Below are positions 20,323 through 30,425 of a stretch of DNA of 64,000 nt, piece by piece. A program made the position numbers and the translations under genes. Numbering within the stretch: position 1 is the stretch's first letter; each line of letters begins with the position of its first letter. The DNA is taken from positions 33,477 through 97,476 of the IMG/VR virus record IMGVR_UViG_2603880160_000004; one strand, 5' to 3'. The stretch is from a virus (lineage: Duplodnaviria > Caudoviricetes). Under the pieces are notes generated by a model. It saw only the letters and a program-made list of their open reading frames with translations, ran no database searches and was not told where the DNA came from.

Positions 20323-21054
20323 TTACGATTTATTTAAAATATAATTATACAAATGATTTCCCCAAAGTTCTTGTATAAATGTGGTGGGATGACCAGAATT
20401 TAAATCGTTACTATAATCAGGATGTTTTTGCATATATGACTTCATATCTCCTAATTCATTAAAGAATGATATATCGTTATATAATTTCACCTTATTCTCG
20501 TTCTTTAAAAGAGAAAGATTTTTTACTTTAATATCATTTTCATTAAAATCGATGTCCATAATGGAACCAATTCCTTCAAACATGATATAATCTATGTTTT
20601 TAGATTTTAGATAGTTTTGAGCCATAATCATTGAATGTATTGTTCTAATAACCATTTCTCTATTGTCGAACCACAATGAGATAAAATATTCTTTATTATC
20701 TTTAAAGAATTTTAAGCTTACGTTGGGGTCATTGTAATCATCATATAACGCCGAAGCAACAAAGGTGGTATAGTATCCGGTTTTATTATCAAAAAGTTCT
20801 CTACGAATAAGTTGACTCCACTGTATACCTACACATATATTGGTCATATCGTGAGTTTCACAATAATTTATAACGTGTGTCATAATCATGTAGTTGGAAG
20901 AACCAACCCCACCATTGTGTTCGCATTTACACCCCAATTTATTTGATAGAAAATTTCCCCACGACCCCCCTTCAGTAAAAGTACCTCCTGCGGTAAATGA
21001 ACAACCAAATGATATTAATTTATCATATTGTTTTTTAGAACTAATTAAAGACAT
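20323..21054 (-). CDS. SGNH-hydrolase-like protein
   Basis: FGCSFTAG, GVGSSN, SGHP. Confidence 0.65.
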   Translation of the reverse strand: MSLISSKKQYDKLISFGCSFTAGGTFTEGGSWGNFLSNKLGCKCEHNGGVGSSNYMIMTHVINYCETHDMTNICVGIQWSQLIRRELFDNKTGYYTTFVASALYDDYNDPNVSLKFFKDNKEYFISLWFDNREMVIRTIHSMIMAQNYLKSKNIDYIMFEGIGSIMDIDFNENDIKVKNLSLLKNENKVKLYNDISFFNELGDMKSYMQKHPDYSNDLNSGHPTTFIQELWGNHLYNYILNKS

Positions 21055-21078
21055 ATATGTTTTATAAATATTCCACCA

Positions 21079-21282
21079 TTATCGTAGCTTCTGTAGATTA
21101 TGTATTATATTATTGATTAATCTTACCTTATGACCTGCTTCACCTTGAATAAACATAAACTCCTTCTGCATGTTTAACCAATCAATCTGTTCGGATATAC
21201 CATACTCCTCACCTTCGGTGTATCTAATTGGTCTTTCGTTGATGACGGTCTTTAGTTGAGATTCTGTAAGGATGATTTTCAT
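21079..21282 (-). CDS. small ILTESQ-tag protein
   Basis: MKIILTESQLKTVINE. Confidence 0.65.
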   Translation of the reverse strand: MKIILTESQLKTVINERPIRYTEGEEYGISEQIDWLNMQKEFMFIQGEAGHKVRLINNIIHNLQKLR

Positions 21283-21283
21283 A

Positions 21284-21580
21284 TTAACAACCGTATTTTT
21301 CTGATGCCAAATTCTTTATTTTATGGACAACGGATGATTTAAACATTGGGTCGTCCATTTTAACTTGAGTTTCGTCTTTTCTTCCAATTGAGAACTTAAT
21401 TCTTTTACCTGTTTTAGGTATATCTATTTGTGCCATAACATATTCAATTTTACTTTGGGTATGTATTTGTTTAACAAACCTTATTTGTTCAAATGTCAAT
21501 TCCCCAATGAATTTACAAGTCATAAGTTGATTTAATTCTATTTTCAACTCTATAATCCTTTGGTCTATGTTATTTTCCAT
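21284..21580 (-). CDS. hypothetical protein
   Basis: 98 aa; TATTTATA upstream. Confidence 0.55.
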   Translation of the reverse strand: MENNIDQRIIELKIELNQLMTCKFIGELTFEQIRFVKQIHTQSKIEYVMAQIDIPKTGKRIKFSIGRKDETQVKMDDPMFKSSVVHKIKNLASEKYGC

Positions 21581-21692
21581 ATGATATAAATACCCATAAT
21601 TGGATATATATTTCTAATATAATGAAATTGTCCCCCGATATATAGGGAATATGGTATGAATTGGAAATATAGTTCTCATTTACCCTAAAAAA

Positions 21693-21748
21693 TCTGGAAA
21701 ATTTTTAAATCACTTTTAGGGGTAAAGTCCATTTTTTCACTTTTTTTC
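21693..21748. repeat. 56-bp direct repeat, copy 1
   Basis: 53/56 identical to 22464-22519. Confidence 0.9.
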
Positions 21749-22425
21749 TATCTATTATCAATGTATAAGTAAACACCAACATAGTAATCTAAAAAATGTT
21801 CATTCCATAAATCCCACTTAATATCAAAAAAATCTAATGACATTATTTGATAGTTTTCAAAATGAGGTAGAACATTGTCCCTGAAATTTCTAAATTGTTC
21901 TTTCTGAATCTTATAACCCAAATGACATTCAATTACAATCTTGGGAATGTTTTTTAAAATAGATAAATTCTCTTCAGTTAATATACTATACTCTCCCCCC
22001 TCACAATCTATTTTTAGGAAATTAATATTGGATAATCTGTTTTGTTCAATAAATTCTTTGAAAGTCAATGTTCTAACATCTTGTTCCTGTCCGTCCCATG
22101 AAATCTTCATGTATCTCTCAGAGGATATTGCTGCGTTAGTGAAAGATACGGGATGTCCCTCCAAATTTTTCTTCAATACATCAAAAAACGTTATAATCGG
22201 TTCCACAACGTAAATGTGTTTCGGTTTCTTATGTAATACACTATAAGGGAAATCCCCGACCGTTGAACCTATATCTACAACAATATCATTCTCTTCCACT
22301 TGAAAGATTTTCTCATAGTCACTATTTTCACCGTTATTAATCGGATTGAATATTTCATTCATGAGGTATTCTTTGAGATGATCAGAAGTGGGACCCCAGT
22401 CAAAACTACTTAAATCTATTTTCAT
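21748..22425 (-). CDS. FkbM-family SAM-dependent methyltransferase
   Basis: VVDIGSTVG, VEP, FLKIDCEGGEY; start moved to MKIDL. Confidence 0.85.
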   Translation of the reverse strand: MKIDLSSFDWGPTSDHLKEYLMNEIFNPINNGENSDYEKIFQVEENDIVVDIGSTVGDFPYSVLHKKPKHIYVVEPIITFFDVLKKNLEGHPVSFTNAAISSERYMKISWDGQEQDVRTLTFKEFIEQNRLSNINFLKIDCEGGEYSILTEENLSILKNIPKIVIECHLGYKIQKEQFRNFRDNVLPHFENYQIMSLDFFDIKWDLWNEHFLDYYVGVYLYIDNR

Positions 22426-22463
22426 AATTATAATATAGATAAAATCCACAAGAATGTAAATTT

Positions 22464-22519
22464 TCTGGAAAATTTTTATTTCACTTTTAGGGGTAAAGTC
22501 CATTTTTTGACTTTTTTTC
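22464..22519. repeat. 56-bp direct repeat, copy 2
   Basis: TCTGGAAAATTTTTA..TCACTTTTAGGGGTAAAGTCCATTTTTT.ACTTTTTTTC. Confidence 0.9.
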
Positions 22520-22539
22520 CGGAAAAATTTCAGTCGAGG

Positions 22540-22715
22540 TATTGACCCCCCTTTCAGAACACCGAAATACCCCCTATATAAGGGGGGATACGGGAGGGGG
22601 GAGGGGGTATATCCCTACACCCACTACTGATAGGGGGATGCCACACAACATTGTTCCCGAAGGGTTCACCTATGGTTACCAACAAGTTATTAACAACGGA
22701 ATGTGGATAACTTTA
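22540..22715. other. non-coding strand-switch region with C/G homopolymer tracts and a DnaA-box match; terminus or origin candidate
   Basis: G6-ATAC-G3-A-G6-A-G5 at 22582-22607; TGTGGATAA at 22702. Confidence 0.45.
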
Positions 22716-22776
22716 TTTGTATATTCTAACTTTGTATTAGTATATACACTATCTTTGTATCCACAAACAATAAGAT

Positions 22777-23331
22777 ATGAACATTACAAAAACTGAACTA
22801 AAAGATATACTATCAGGTATAGATATCTTTGTCCCTAATGTGGGATTGACAACATTAAAAAAAGTTAAGATGAATAAGTATCTTGACTTCAAGACAAGTG
22901 GTAAGAGTAACCCTAACCCTTACTATGACCAAGTATCTATTGAACAACGATTATCAAATATCCAAACGGGTTTTGATTACGAGGGTCAATTAGAACGAAA
23001 GTATAAAAGTGAGGGAATCACTCCTACCGACAACGAGGACAAAAAAGAAAGTTGGTTTACCCAAGTTTCAAAGTGTTTAGTTGTTAGTAAGAAGAATCCC
23101 GATAATTTTTACTTCCGTTACCAAGACCACGATAGTAGTTATTTGGAAACCAAGTATATTTTTGAGGGTAATAGTATTGACAAGGTAATGTTCACTCAAT
23201 ACCTTATTGATACGAAAACGGACTACTCAAAGTATCAAAATGGTTTAGAGAATACTTTGAACTTCAAGGTAACTTCATTAGACCACATTAAAAGAATTAA
23301 AATTCTTAAACAAGAATACACAATTCTTTAA
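22777..23331 (+). CDS. hypothetical early protein
   Basis: Own promoter; terminator at 23353-23379. Confidence 0.75.
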   Translation: MNITKTELKDILSGIDIFVPNVGLTTLKKVKMNKYLDFKTSGKSNPNPYYDQVSIEQRLSNIQTGFDYEGQLERKYKSEGITPTDNEDKKESWFTQVSKCLVVSKKNPDNFYFRYQDHDSSYLETKYIFEGNSIDKVMFTQYLIDTKTDYSKYQNGLENTLNFKVTSLDHIKRIKILKQEYTIL

Positions 23332-23690
23332 GGTTTGTTCCCCTACAAACTGACCACTCCGAAAGGGGTGGTTTTTTTTTGACTTCACTCATACTTCGTA
23401 ATCCAAATTATTGTTTGGCATTTGTCATACAACGAACCTTGACTTCACTTTACCGGAGTAATTGGTTTGGCAAGTTTAGTGAAACTTTTTCTACCCCCCG
23501 TGAATTTAAAATTTATTGTTTGGCATTTGTCATACACCGAACCCTTGAGTCAGTTTACTCAGTCAATGTTGGTTGGCAATTGCCAGAACATATTCAAACC
23601 GATCAGGAAAAAAAATATTCTAAAATTAATTAAAATATATTTGTTGTATAAAGATAAAAGTATTATCTTTGTGTCCACAAAACAAACAAT

Positions 23691-24488
23691 ATGAAAATTA
23701 AAGAAAACCAATTATTTGAAACTATTTCAAGTAAAAAACCAAAATACAAAAAATTTGTATTAGGTAATGATGTATTATTAACTTGTCAATCAATTAAGAT
23801 TGATAATGTTTATCAACCTATGTGGGATAATAAATTTGATGTGTATGCAAAAAATATGTGTTCAATCTTAAAGTTATTACCTAATAGAGAATGTTTGTTA
23901 TTTTATCCAAGTGATAAACAAAGTTTATATAACAATATTGTTTTTGAATATGTGAAAAATGATAATGACGTTATCTTTACACATAACCAATATATAAGTG
24001 GTAATTTATTTCAATCTTTTCAATACTTTAATTTGAAAACCAATGAAGTTAGATTTTTAGAAAAAACTAATGGTGTTAATGGAATTGATGAAAAAGTAAG
24101 ATTAAGTTTAGATGAATACTATCTTAAATTGTGGGGTAACAATTATACTTGTAATATTTTAACTGATGTAATTGAATTCATATTAAAACCAATGATTTTT
24201 ATTGAGTTGTCTGGTGTGAATGTGAAGTTTATTGACATTAAATCTAAAAGTGAGTATGGAAGTATATTAAAACCAATTCATGTTAAAAATCAAACGAGAG
24301 TAAATGTGGTGTATGTTAATAGTTTATGGAATGTGGGTACGATAGCTTTGGGTGAGTTTAAGGTTAGAGGTCATTTTAGATTACAAAGGTGTGGTGTAGG
24401 TAATACAGAGATTAAGTTAATCTTCATTGAGGAGTTTGTTAAGACCCACTACATTCGTAAGTCCACAAAAGAATTGGTACTTGGTTAA
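23691..24488 (+). CDS. phage hypothetical protein
   Basis: C-terminal VRGHFRLQRCG motif; own promoter and terminator. Confidence 0.7.
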   Translation: MKIKENQLFETISSKKPKYKKFVLGNDVLLTCQSIKIDNVYQPMWDNKFDVYAKNMCSILKLLPNRECLLFYPSDKQSLYNNIVFEYVKNDNDVIFTHNQYISGNLFQSFQYFNLKTNEVRFLEKTNGVNGIDEKVRLSLDEYYLKLWGNNYTCNILTDVIEFILKPMIFIELSGVNVKFIDIKSKSEYGSILKPIHVKNQTRVNVVYVNSLWNVGTIALGEFKVRGHFRLQRCGVGNTEIKLIFIEEFVKTHYIRKSTKELVLG

Positions 24489-24861
24489 TTGTTTTCATAG
24501 GTTTTATGTTTTGACCCTCGTAGTAATACGGGGGTTTTTTATTTCCCTACCAACCTCGTCCGTGAATTTATTGTTTGGCAATTGTCATACAAGGAATCTT
24601 GAGTCAGGGTTCGGGAAAATTATTGTGTGGCAAATACGGATATGATATAAGATATCTACGGATATTAACGGATATGCCAAACAAGTTTTTGTAACCTCAG
24701 GAACCAAGTGGTTTTGTCATACATGCCAAACAATATCCGGATGGAGACGACAGATGAAAAATCTTGGTATTGCATTTAAAATAATTTGGTGGATAAAAGA
24801 ATTATCGTTATCTTTGTGGTTCATATTAAACGTCAGTCAAGACGATAAAACAATAAAGAAT

Positions 24862-25155
24862 ATGAAAAAGAAAATGACACAAGAGCAATTTGATTGGAAC
24901 ATCAAGTTCTTAAAAGAAGAATGGAACTATTGTATTGAGTTGATTAACGAAAAGAAAAAAGAGTTAGACAACTTCACGATTGACAACCACAAAGGATTGT
25001 CCGAACAACACGACTTTATGGGTATCGTAAGACACACTATTGGAAAAGGTTGGTACTTCACCAATAAAGAAAATACTCCTATCTCTCAAAAAGAGTTGGT
25101 TTATAATTCTTTCAAAACACTTCATAGTGTGTTTGATAGTATAGAACAAAATTAA
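24862..25155 (+). CDS. hypothetical early protein
   Basis: Start moved to MKKKMTQ, downstream of the promoter. Confidence 0.65.
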   Translation: MKKKMTQEQFDWNIKFLKEEWNYCIELINEKKKELDNFTIDNHKGLSEQHDFMGIVRHTIGKGWYFTNKENTPISQKELVYNSFKTLHSVFDSIEQN

Positions 25156-25371
25156 AAAATAACCCTCACTGAAAAGTGGGGGTTTTTTATTACCACCTGA
25201 AAGTAACTGGACCTGGTGAGAATTTGTGTGGCAAATGCCAAACAATATCCGGATGGAGACGACAGGTGAGAGATTTTGGTATTACATTAACAATATTTTA
25301 ACAACAAATTCTTAATAGATGAGAAAGTATAAAGATAAAAGTATTATCTTTGTGTTCTAAATGATAATACT

Positions 25372-25713
25372 ATGACAACCGAAGAAAAACTTTTGACATA
25401 TGGTTCTCAAAGACCTTTTGAACCTAATCAAACATTAAAGTTATTACAACAAGATATCAATATCTTTTGGAGTTGGGGTGTTGAGAAGAAAATATTGGTT
25501 ATTGGTAAGGAAAGCGATGGTTGGGTTAAAGGTATTATATTCAAGGTAAATGGTTTCAAGTGGAAACAATATGTTATGATTACTTTAAATGGTTTGGACT
25601 ATTATGAAGTAAGGTTATTAACACAAAACTTTGATGTCATTGAAACCAAAGACCACGATATATGTTTTATGGATTTGGTTGAAGTAATTGATAAGTTGGT
25701 TGAAACAAAGTAA
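25372..25713 (+). CDS. phage hypothetical protein
   Basis: FWSWG..FKVNG..VMITLNGLDYYEV. Confidence 0.7.
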   Translation: MTTEEKLLTYGSQRPFEPNQTLKLLQQDINIFWSWGVEKKILVIGKESDGWVKGIIFKVNGFKWKQYVMITLNGLDYYEVRLLTQNFDVIETKDHDICFMDLVEVIDKLVETK

Positions 25714-26167
25714 ATTTTCTGTTTTTCATATTTTAGTTTTCCCCCTCGGAGTGATTTCCCGAGGGGTTTTTGTTTTTGGGAGATGCCGTAACACAGATGG
25801 ACCTGGTGGAATGTTGTTTGGCAGATTCGTATTACATTTCTCCATGTGACTGATCATCCGAATATATTGATTGGCAATGCTGTTACATTTTTATATATAA
25901 AAGTAACATGCCAAACAACATTCCTATGATCAGCTCGTCCCACGGGAAAGTGTATTATATTACACATTCAGTTACCTTTTTGGTATTCGTATTACATATT
26001 GTATCAAATAGTGTAATATATTACACATTGCCAGTCAATAATTTTTCCGGTCTTCCTCCACGGGTATTACATTAACAAAGTTTTAACAAAAATATTCTAA
26101 AAAAGATTTGGTATATAATTGTATTACACTTATCTTTGTCCTATTACTAATCTAAATCTAAATTAAA

Positions 26168-26383
26168 ATGTTAAATCAAGTAAAAGACCTTGTTGGAAAA
26201 AGAGTGAAACTTATTCTAATGAATGATGACCCTCAAACAAATCCTATCCCACCGAACACAATGGGAACAATCCTATCGGTAGACGATATGTACTACTATC
26301 GTGTTAAATGGGATAATGGTAGAATATTAAACCTACTACCCGATGAAGATGAATATGAAATTATTGAGAACCCTATAAATTAA
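26168..26383 (+). CDS. DUF4314-like SH3-fold protein
   Basis: GKRVKLILMNDD..PIPP.T.GT..VDD...VKWDNGR.L.L. Confidence 0.75.
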   Translation: MLNQVKDLVGKRVKLILMNDDPQTNPIPPNTMGTILSVDDMYYYRVKWDNGRILNLLPDEDEYEIIENPIN

Positions 26384-26387
26384 ATGT

Positions 26388-26675
26388 ATGAACGATTTTA
26401 TTGATGTAATGAGAAGAGAAACAAAAAGGCATATGGATGAAAAAGGTATCTTTAGAAAAGATATTACTTTAAACCCAACAACACCAATTACTGAATTGGA
26501 ATTATCAACAAGATTAAAAAATGTGTTATCAAAACACAATATTAAAAATGTTTCTCAATTAGAGGAATTAACCACGAGTGTAGTATTAAGTATGAAAGGT
26601 TTGGGTGATAAGTTAGTTATCGAACTACAAAACTTTCAATATCAATATCGTATTTGTCCATTCAATAAATTTTAA
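26388..26675 (+). CDS. RNA polymerase alpha C-terminal-domain-like protein
   Basis: ITELELSTRLKNVL...I..V.QL......MKGLGDK. Confidence 0.75.
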   Translation: MNDFIDVMRRETKRHMDEKGIFRKDITLNPTTPITELELSTRLKNVLSKHNIKNVSQLEELTTSVVLSMKGLGDKLVIELQNFQYQYRICPFNKF

Positions 26676-26679
26676 ATAA

Positions 26680-27030
26680 ATGTTAGTTAAATTAACCCAC
26701 CGCGGCACACCGACCTTAGTAAATGTAGACCAAATCGTATCTATCTATATGGATACTGATATGAAAAGTGGTTTGGTACAATCCAAAGTTACCACAACCA
26801 ATGGTATTGTGTTCGTTGAGGAGTCCCTGAATGTAATCCAAAAAATGGTTTGGCAAGTTAAGAATGGTGTTCCACCCGAAATGGACTATGAAGTTCCTAC
26901 TATCGAACAACGATTAGAGAAGTCGTACAACAATGAAAGACCTTTGTCATACGAACCAATTAGTCATAGAGTAAGAACTCCTATAAGAAGGAATTATAAC
27001 CCTCATACTTTCCAAGACAACCAATTTTAG
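26680..27030 (+). CDS. FlbD-like domain protein
   Basis: MLVKLT..TLVNVDQIVSI...VEES. Confidence 0.55.
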   Translation: MLVKLTHRGTPTLVNVDQIVSIYMDTDMKSGLVQSKVTTTNGIVFVEESLNVIQKMVWQVKNGVPPEMDYEVPTIEQRLEKSYNNERPLSYEPISHRVRTPIRRNYNPHTFQDNQF

Positions 27031-27663
27031 TTTTTGTGTTTGTGAGTTCATATTGTGTTCCCCTCGTAGAAATACGGGGGGTTTTTATTTTATCAAATTC
27101 AGCAAAACTGTGCAGATCATGTAATGTTGTTTGGCAGAAAAGTTCTCTAAAAGGTTTTACACTATTTACTAAAAACTTACTAAAAGTTCTCTAAAGAATT
27201 ATGAAACCCTTACTACCATTGACTTTCGTGTTATGAAGTGGAGGGAATTCACCCCGACAGTGGGTCCCGTACAATTTGTTTGGCAAACGTAATACAAGTC
27301 ATAATGAAACTTATCGTTCAAACACAAGTCATTTATCAATCATTTTGACACCTATTTGACCGATAAACGAATTTTTAATGAACGATAAATGTGGTTAGAC
27401 CATGTGCCACAGACCTGTGCACATATTGTTTGGCAAACGTATTACACCACAACCTCAAGATTATGATCAGTCGTCTGAAACTTGTTTGGCATGTTCACTT
27501 ATTACCGATGTTCACGGTCCGTGAACAAGAAGAATTAGTGAACAAGATTGCCACACAATATTTGAGACGGACGAACAGGTGAAATATTCTTTAACAAAAT
27601 TTTAATAAAAATATTTGTGTATGTTACATAAAAGAATTACCTTTATACTCTAAATTAAACACT

Positions 27664-28206
27664 ATGAAAAAATTTGAATTAGAAGTCGTTCAAGACACAG
27701 ACCCTGAAAGTCCTCGAACTTGGGATAACTTGGGAACAATGGTTTGTTTTCACAAAAGGTATGAACTTGGTGATAAGACCGATTATCGTACAGAAGATTA
27801 TGATAGTTGGGATGAATTAAAAGAAGGTATCATTAAGAATGAAGGTGAAGTTGTTATCTTACCTTTGTATCTTTATGACCACTCGGGAATTACAATATCC
27901 ACAAGTTCTTTTGATTGTCGTTGGGATAGTGGACAAGTTGGTTTTATCTTTGTATCAAAGTATAAGATAAAGAAAGAAGGTATTGATGAAACTAAAGTTG
28001 AAGAATACCTTAAAGGTGAAGTTGAAACTTACGACCAATACCTTACGGGCGACGTTTGGGGTTATAAGGTATATGAAGTATCTACTTGTGATAAAGGTCA
28101 CAAACATTGGAACGAAGTTGAAAGTTCTTGGGGTATATACGGACACGATGAATGTGAAAATGAAGGGAAGTCCGTATTACAACATTTAGAAAAAGAAGTT
28201 GTGTAG
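27664..28206 (+). CDS. conserved mobile-element hypothetical protein
   Basis: SPRTWDNLG, LPLYLYDHSGITIST, WDSGQVG, YLTGDVWG. Confidence 0.7.
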   Translation: MKKFELEVVQDTDPESPRTWDNLGTMVCFHKRYELGDKTDYRTEDYDSWDELKEGIIKNEGEVVILPLYLYDHSGITISTSSFDCRWDSGQVGFIFVSKYKIKKEGIDETKVEEYLKGEVETYDQYLTGDVWGYKVYEVSTCDKGHKHWNEVESSWGIYGHDECENEGKSVLQHLEKEVV

Positions 28207-28599
28207 AAATATATATGGTTGGAAGGTGAAGACCCTCGAAGTAATTCGGGGGTTTTTTATGTTACCGCCTCTCCACAGATTTCCCATCCGGGATATTGTT
28301 TGGCAAACGTATTACACTTACCCGTGTCCCACAGCGCATGCATAAAATGTTGTTTGGCATTTGCCAATCAATATCGGGAGCTGGCCACACAGATTCCAGT
28401 TCGTATTACACTTGTCCAGTTTTTTATATAATAAACGGGACATTCTTGCCAATCAATATCCCGAAGGTGCTGCAGGTGGACACATTCTCGTATTACATGT
28501 GTGGATAACTTTATTAAAATATATTCTAATTAATTTGGAATATATAAAAGAATATTCGTTATCTTTGTGTCCTATTCATTAATCTAAAAAATAATTAAA

Positions 28600-29346
28600 A
28601 TGAACAAGATTCAAATCGGAAAGAAAGTAGGAGAAATTTTTGAAACAAAAGATTATTCAATCTTTAAGTTTCGTGAGGACAACAGATTAGTAAACGCTAA
28701 TCATGTTAAGAAGTTAGCTAATCGTATGAAAGAAAAAGGTTGGTTATCTTCATCAGTTGTTACGTTAAACGGAAGTGGTGAAGTTATTGACGGACAACAT
28801 AGAGTAAAGGCTGCAATGTCAGTCGGTAGTCCAATTCGTTACAAAGTAACTAAAGGTGCAGGTAGTGATGAAATGACCGGTATGAACACATTACAAAAGA
28901 ATTGGTCACCATTTGACCACTTACACAAGTTTGTAACTAAAGGTAATTCTCACTATGTAACCTTTGATAGATTTGTTAATGAATTTCCAATGTTTAAGTA
29001 CACGGAAGTTGCAATGTTATTGAACAACACTTTGACAACAATTGCTCGTGATACATTTGAAAGTGGTAATTATGTTGTTAAGAATGAAAAGAAAGCTCGT
29101 GAGTGGGCGGGTTACATCTTGGAGTTGAAACCATACTTTGAGAAGTATTACACTAAAGCCATTTTCGTAAGAGCATTTATTAAAATTATCTCTAACAAGA
29201 AAGATTTTGTGTTTAGTGAGTTCTTACACAAAGTGAAGTTACGACCAAACAATTTAGTGGCTTGTGGTACGGTAGACCAATATGTAGAAATGATTGAAAA
29301 CATTTACAACTACAAGAGAAGTAACAAAATTAATTTAAGGTTTTAA
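28600..29346 (+). CDS. ParB/Srx-like (DGQHR) domain protein
   Basis: NR.V...HV.KL..VIDGQHRVKAA. Confidence 0.75.
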   Translation: MNKIQIGKKVGEIFETKDYSIFKFREDNRLVNANHVKKLANRMKEKGWLSSSVVTLNGSGEVIDGQHRVKAAMSVGSPIRYKVTKGAGSDEMTGMNTLQKNWSPFDHLHKFVTKGNSHYVTFDRFVNEFPMFKYTEVAMLLNNTLTTIARDTFESGNYVVKNEKKAREWAGYILELKPYFEKYYTKAIFVRAFIKIISNKKDFVFSEFLHKVKLRPNNLVACGTVDQYVEMIENIYNYKRSNKINLRF

Positions 29347-29576
29347 TTTGGGTTAGTGAATAATAGGAACGGGGGTTGTCGTAAGACAATCCCTTTTTTT
29401 TGTCTAAACTTTTTCTTCTGATCGTCTTCTGGATATTGTTTGGCAATTGCCACACAATATTAGTTCCTGCACAACATCCTGAGGTGTTCGTATTACATAT
29501 CCTTTAACAAAATGTTAACAACTATTATTTGGTGGTTAATATAAAAAGACTACCTTTACACTCTAAATTAATTAAT

Positions 29577-30425
29577 ATGAATGAACAAGTTAAAAGTTTA
29601 TTAGACAAAACCAACCTAAATTGGTCGGTACGTCAAGAGGACATCCAAACCACAAGTGGTATTATTGTTCCAAACAAAAAAGCATTAGTTCGTGAAGACA
29701 CCAACACAATCGTAGGTGTTCACTCGGATGGTTATCAACCTTATCAAAACCATGAGTTGATGGACTTATTACATCAAGTAAGTGGAAGAACAGGTTTAGA
29801 AGTTCACAAAGGTGGTGAGTTCAAAAATGGTGGTCGTATTTATGTTCAATTAAAAGGTAACAACCTTAAATTGGGTAATGACGTCATCGAGGGTTTCTTA
29901 ACGGGTGTTAATTCTTTTGATGGTTCCACATCATTAGCATTCGGTCATTCTAACACAACTATCAGTTGTATGAATACTTTCTTTAGAGTAATGAAAGGTT
30001 TAGAAAACAAGGTTCGTCATACAAAATCTTTATCATTAAAGGTAGAAGACATATGTAAGAGATTGGACATTGTTTTGGAAGAAGAAAAAGAAACATTTAG
30101 ATTCATTACTGAATTAAGTGAGACACGTTTTGATGATTTGTTGAAGGAGAAGGTGACACGAAAATTGTTTGGCATTAAACCCGAAGTAAATTTGAATGAT
30201 GAAAATTCAATCTCAACAAGAACAAGAAACAATTTAAGTAGATTCTACATTGACTTAAATGGTGAGATTAGTCAAAAGGGTGATAACCTTTGGGGTTTAT
30301 TTAGTGGAGTTACCAAGTACACAACACACTCTTATAGTAAGAACGATAATACCGAAGTTAAAATGTTTGGTAATGTCGGACAAGTTGAACAAGAGATATT
30401 CTCCGATTTAGTGGAGTTAGTATAA
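29577..30425 (+). CDS. DUF932/DUF945 family protein
   Basis: LNWSV, ALVREDT, YQPYQN, NSFDGS, CMNT, RHT, LWGLFSGVT. Confidence 0.8.
   Translation: MNEQVKSLLDKTNLNWSVRQEDIQTTSGIIVPNKKALVREDTNTIVGVHSDGYQPYQNHELMDLLHQVSGRTGLEVHKGGEFKNGGRIYVQLKGNNLKLGNDVIEGFLTGVNSFDGSTSLAFGHSNTTISCMNTFFRVMKGLENKVRHTKSLSLKVEDICKRLDIVLEEEKETFRFITELSETRFDDLLKEKVTRKLFGIKPEVNLNDENSISTRTRNNLSRFYIDLNGEISQKGDNLWGLFSGVTKYTTHSYSKNDNTEVKMFGNVGQVEQEIFSDLVELV

Noticed and set aside
9751-21600. TATAAATA on the + strand as canonical T4 late promoters
   Set aside because: They point away from the adjacent - strand genes; the consistent sense-strand motif is TATTTATA
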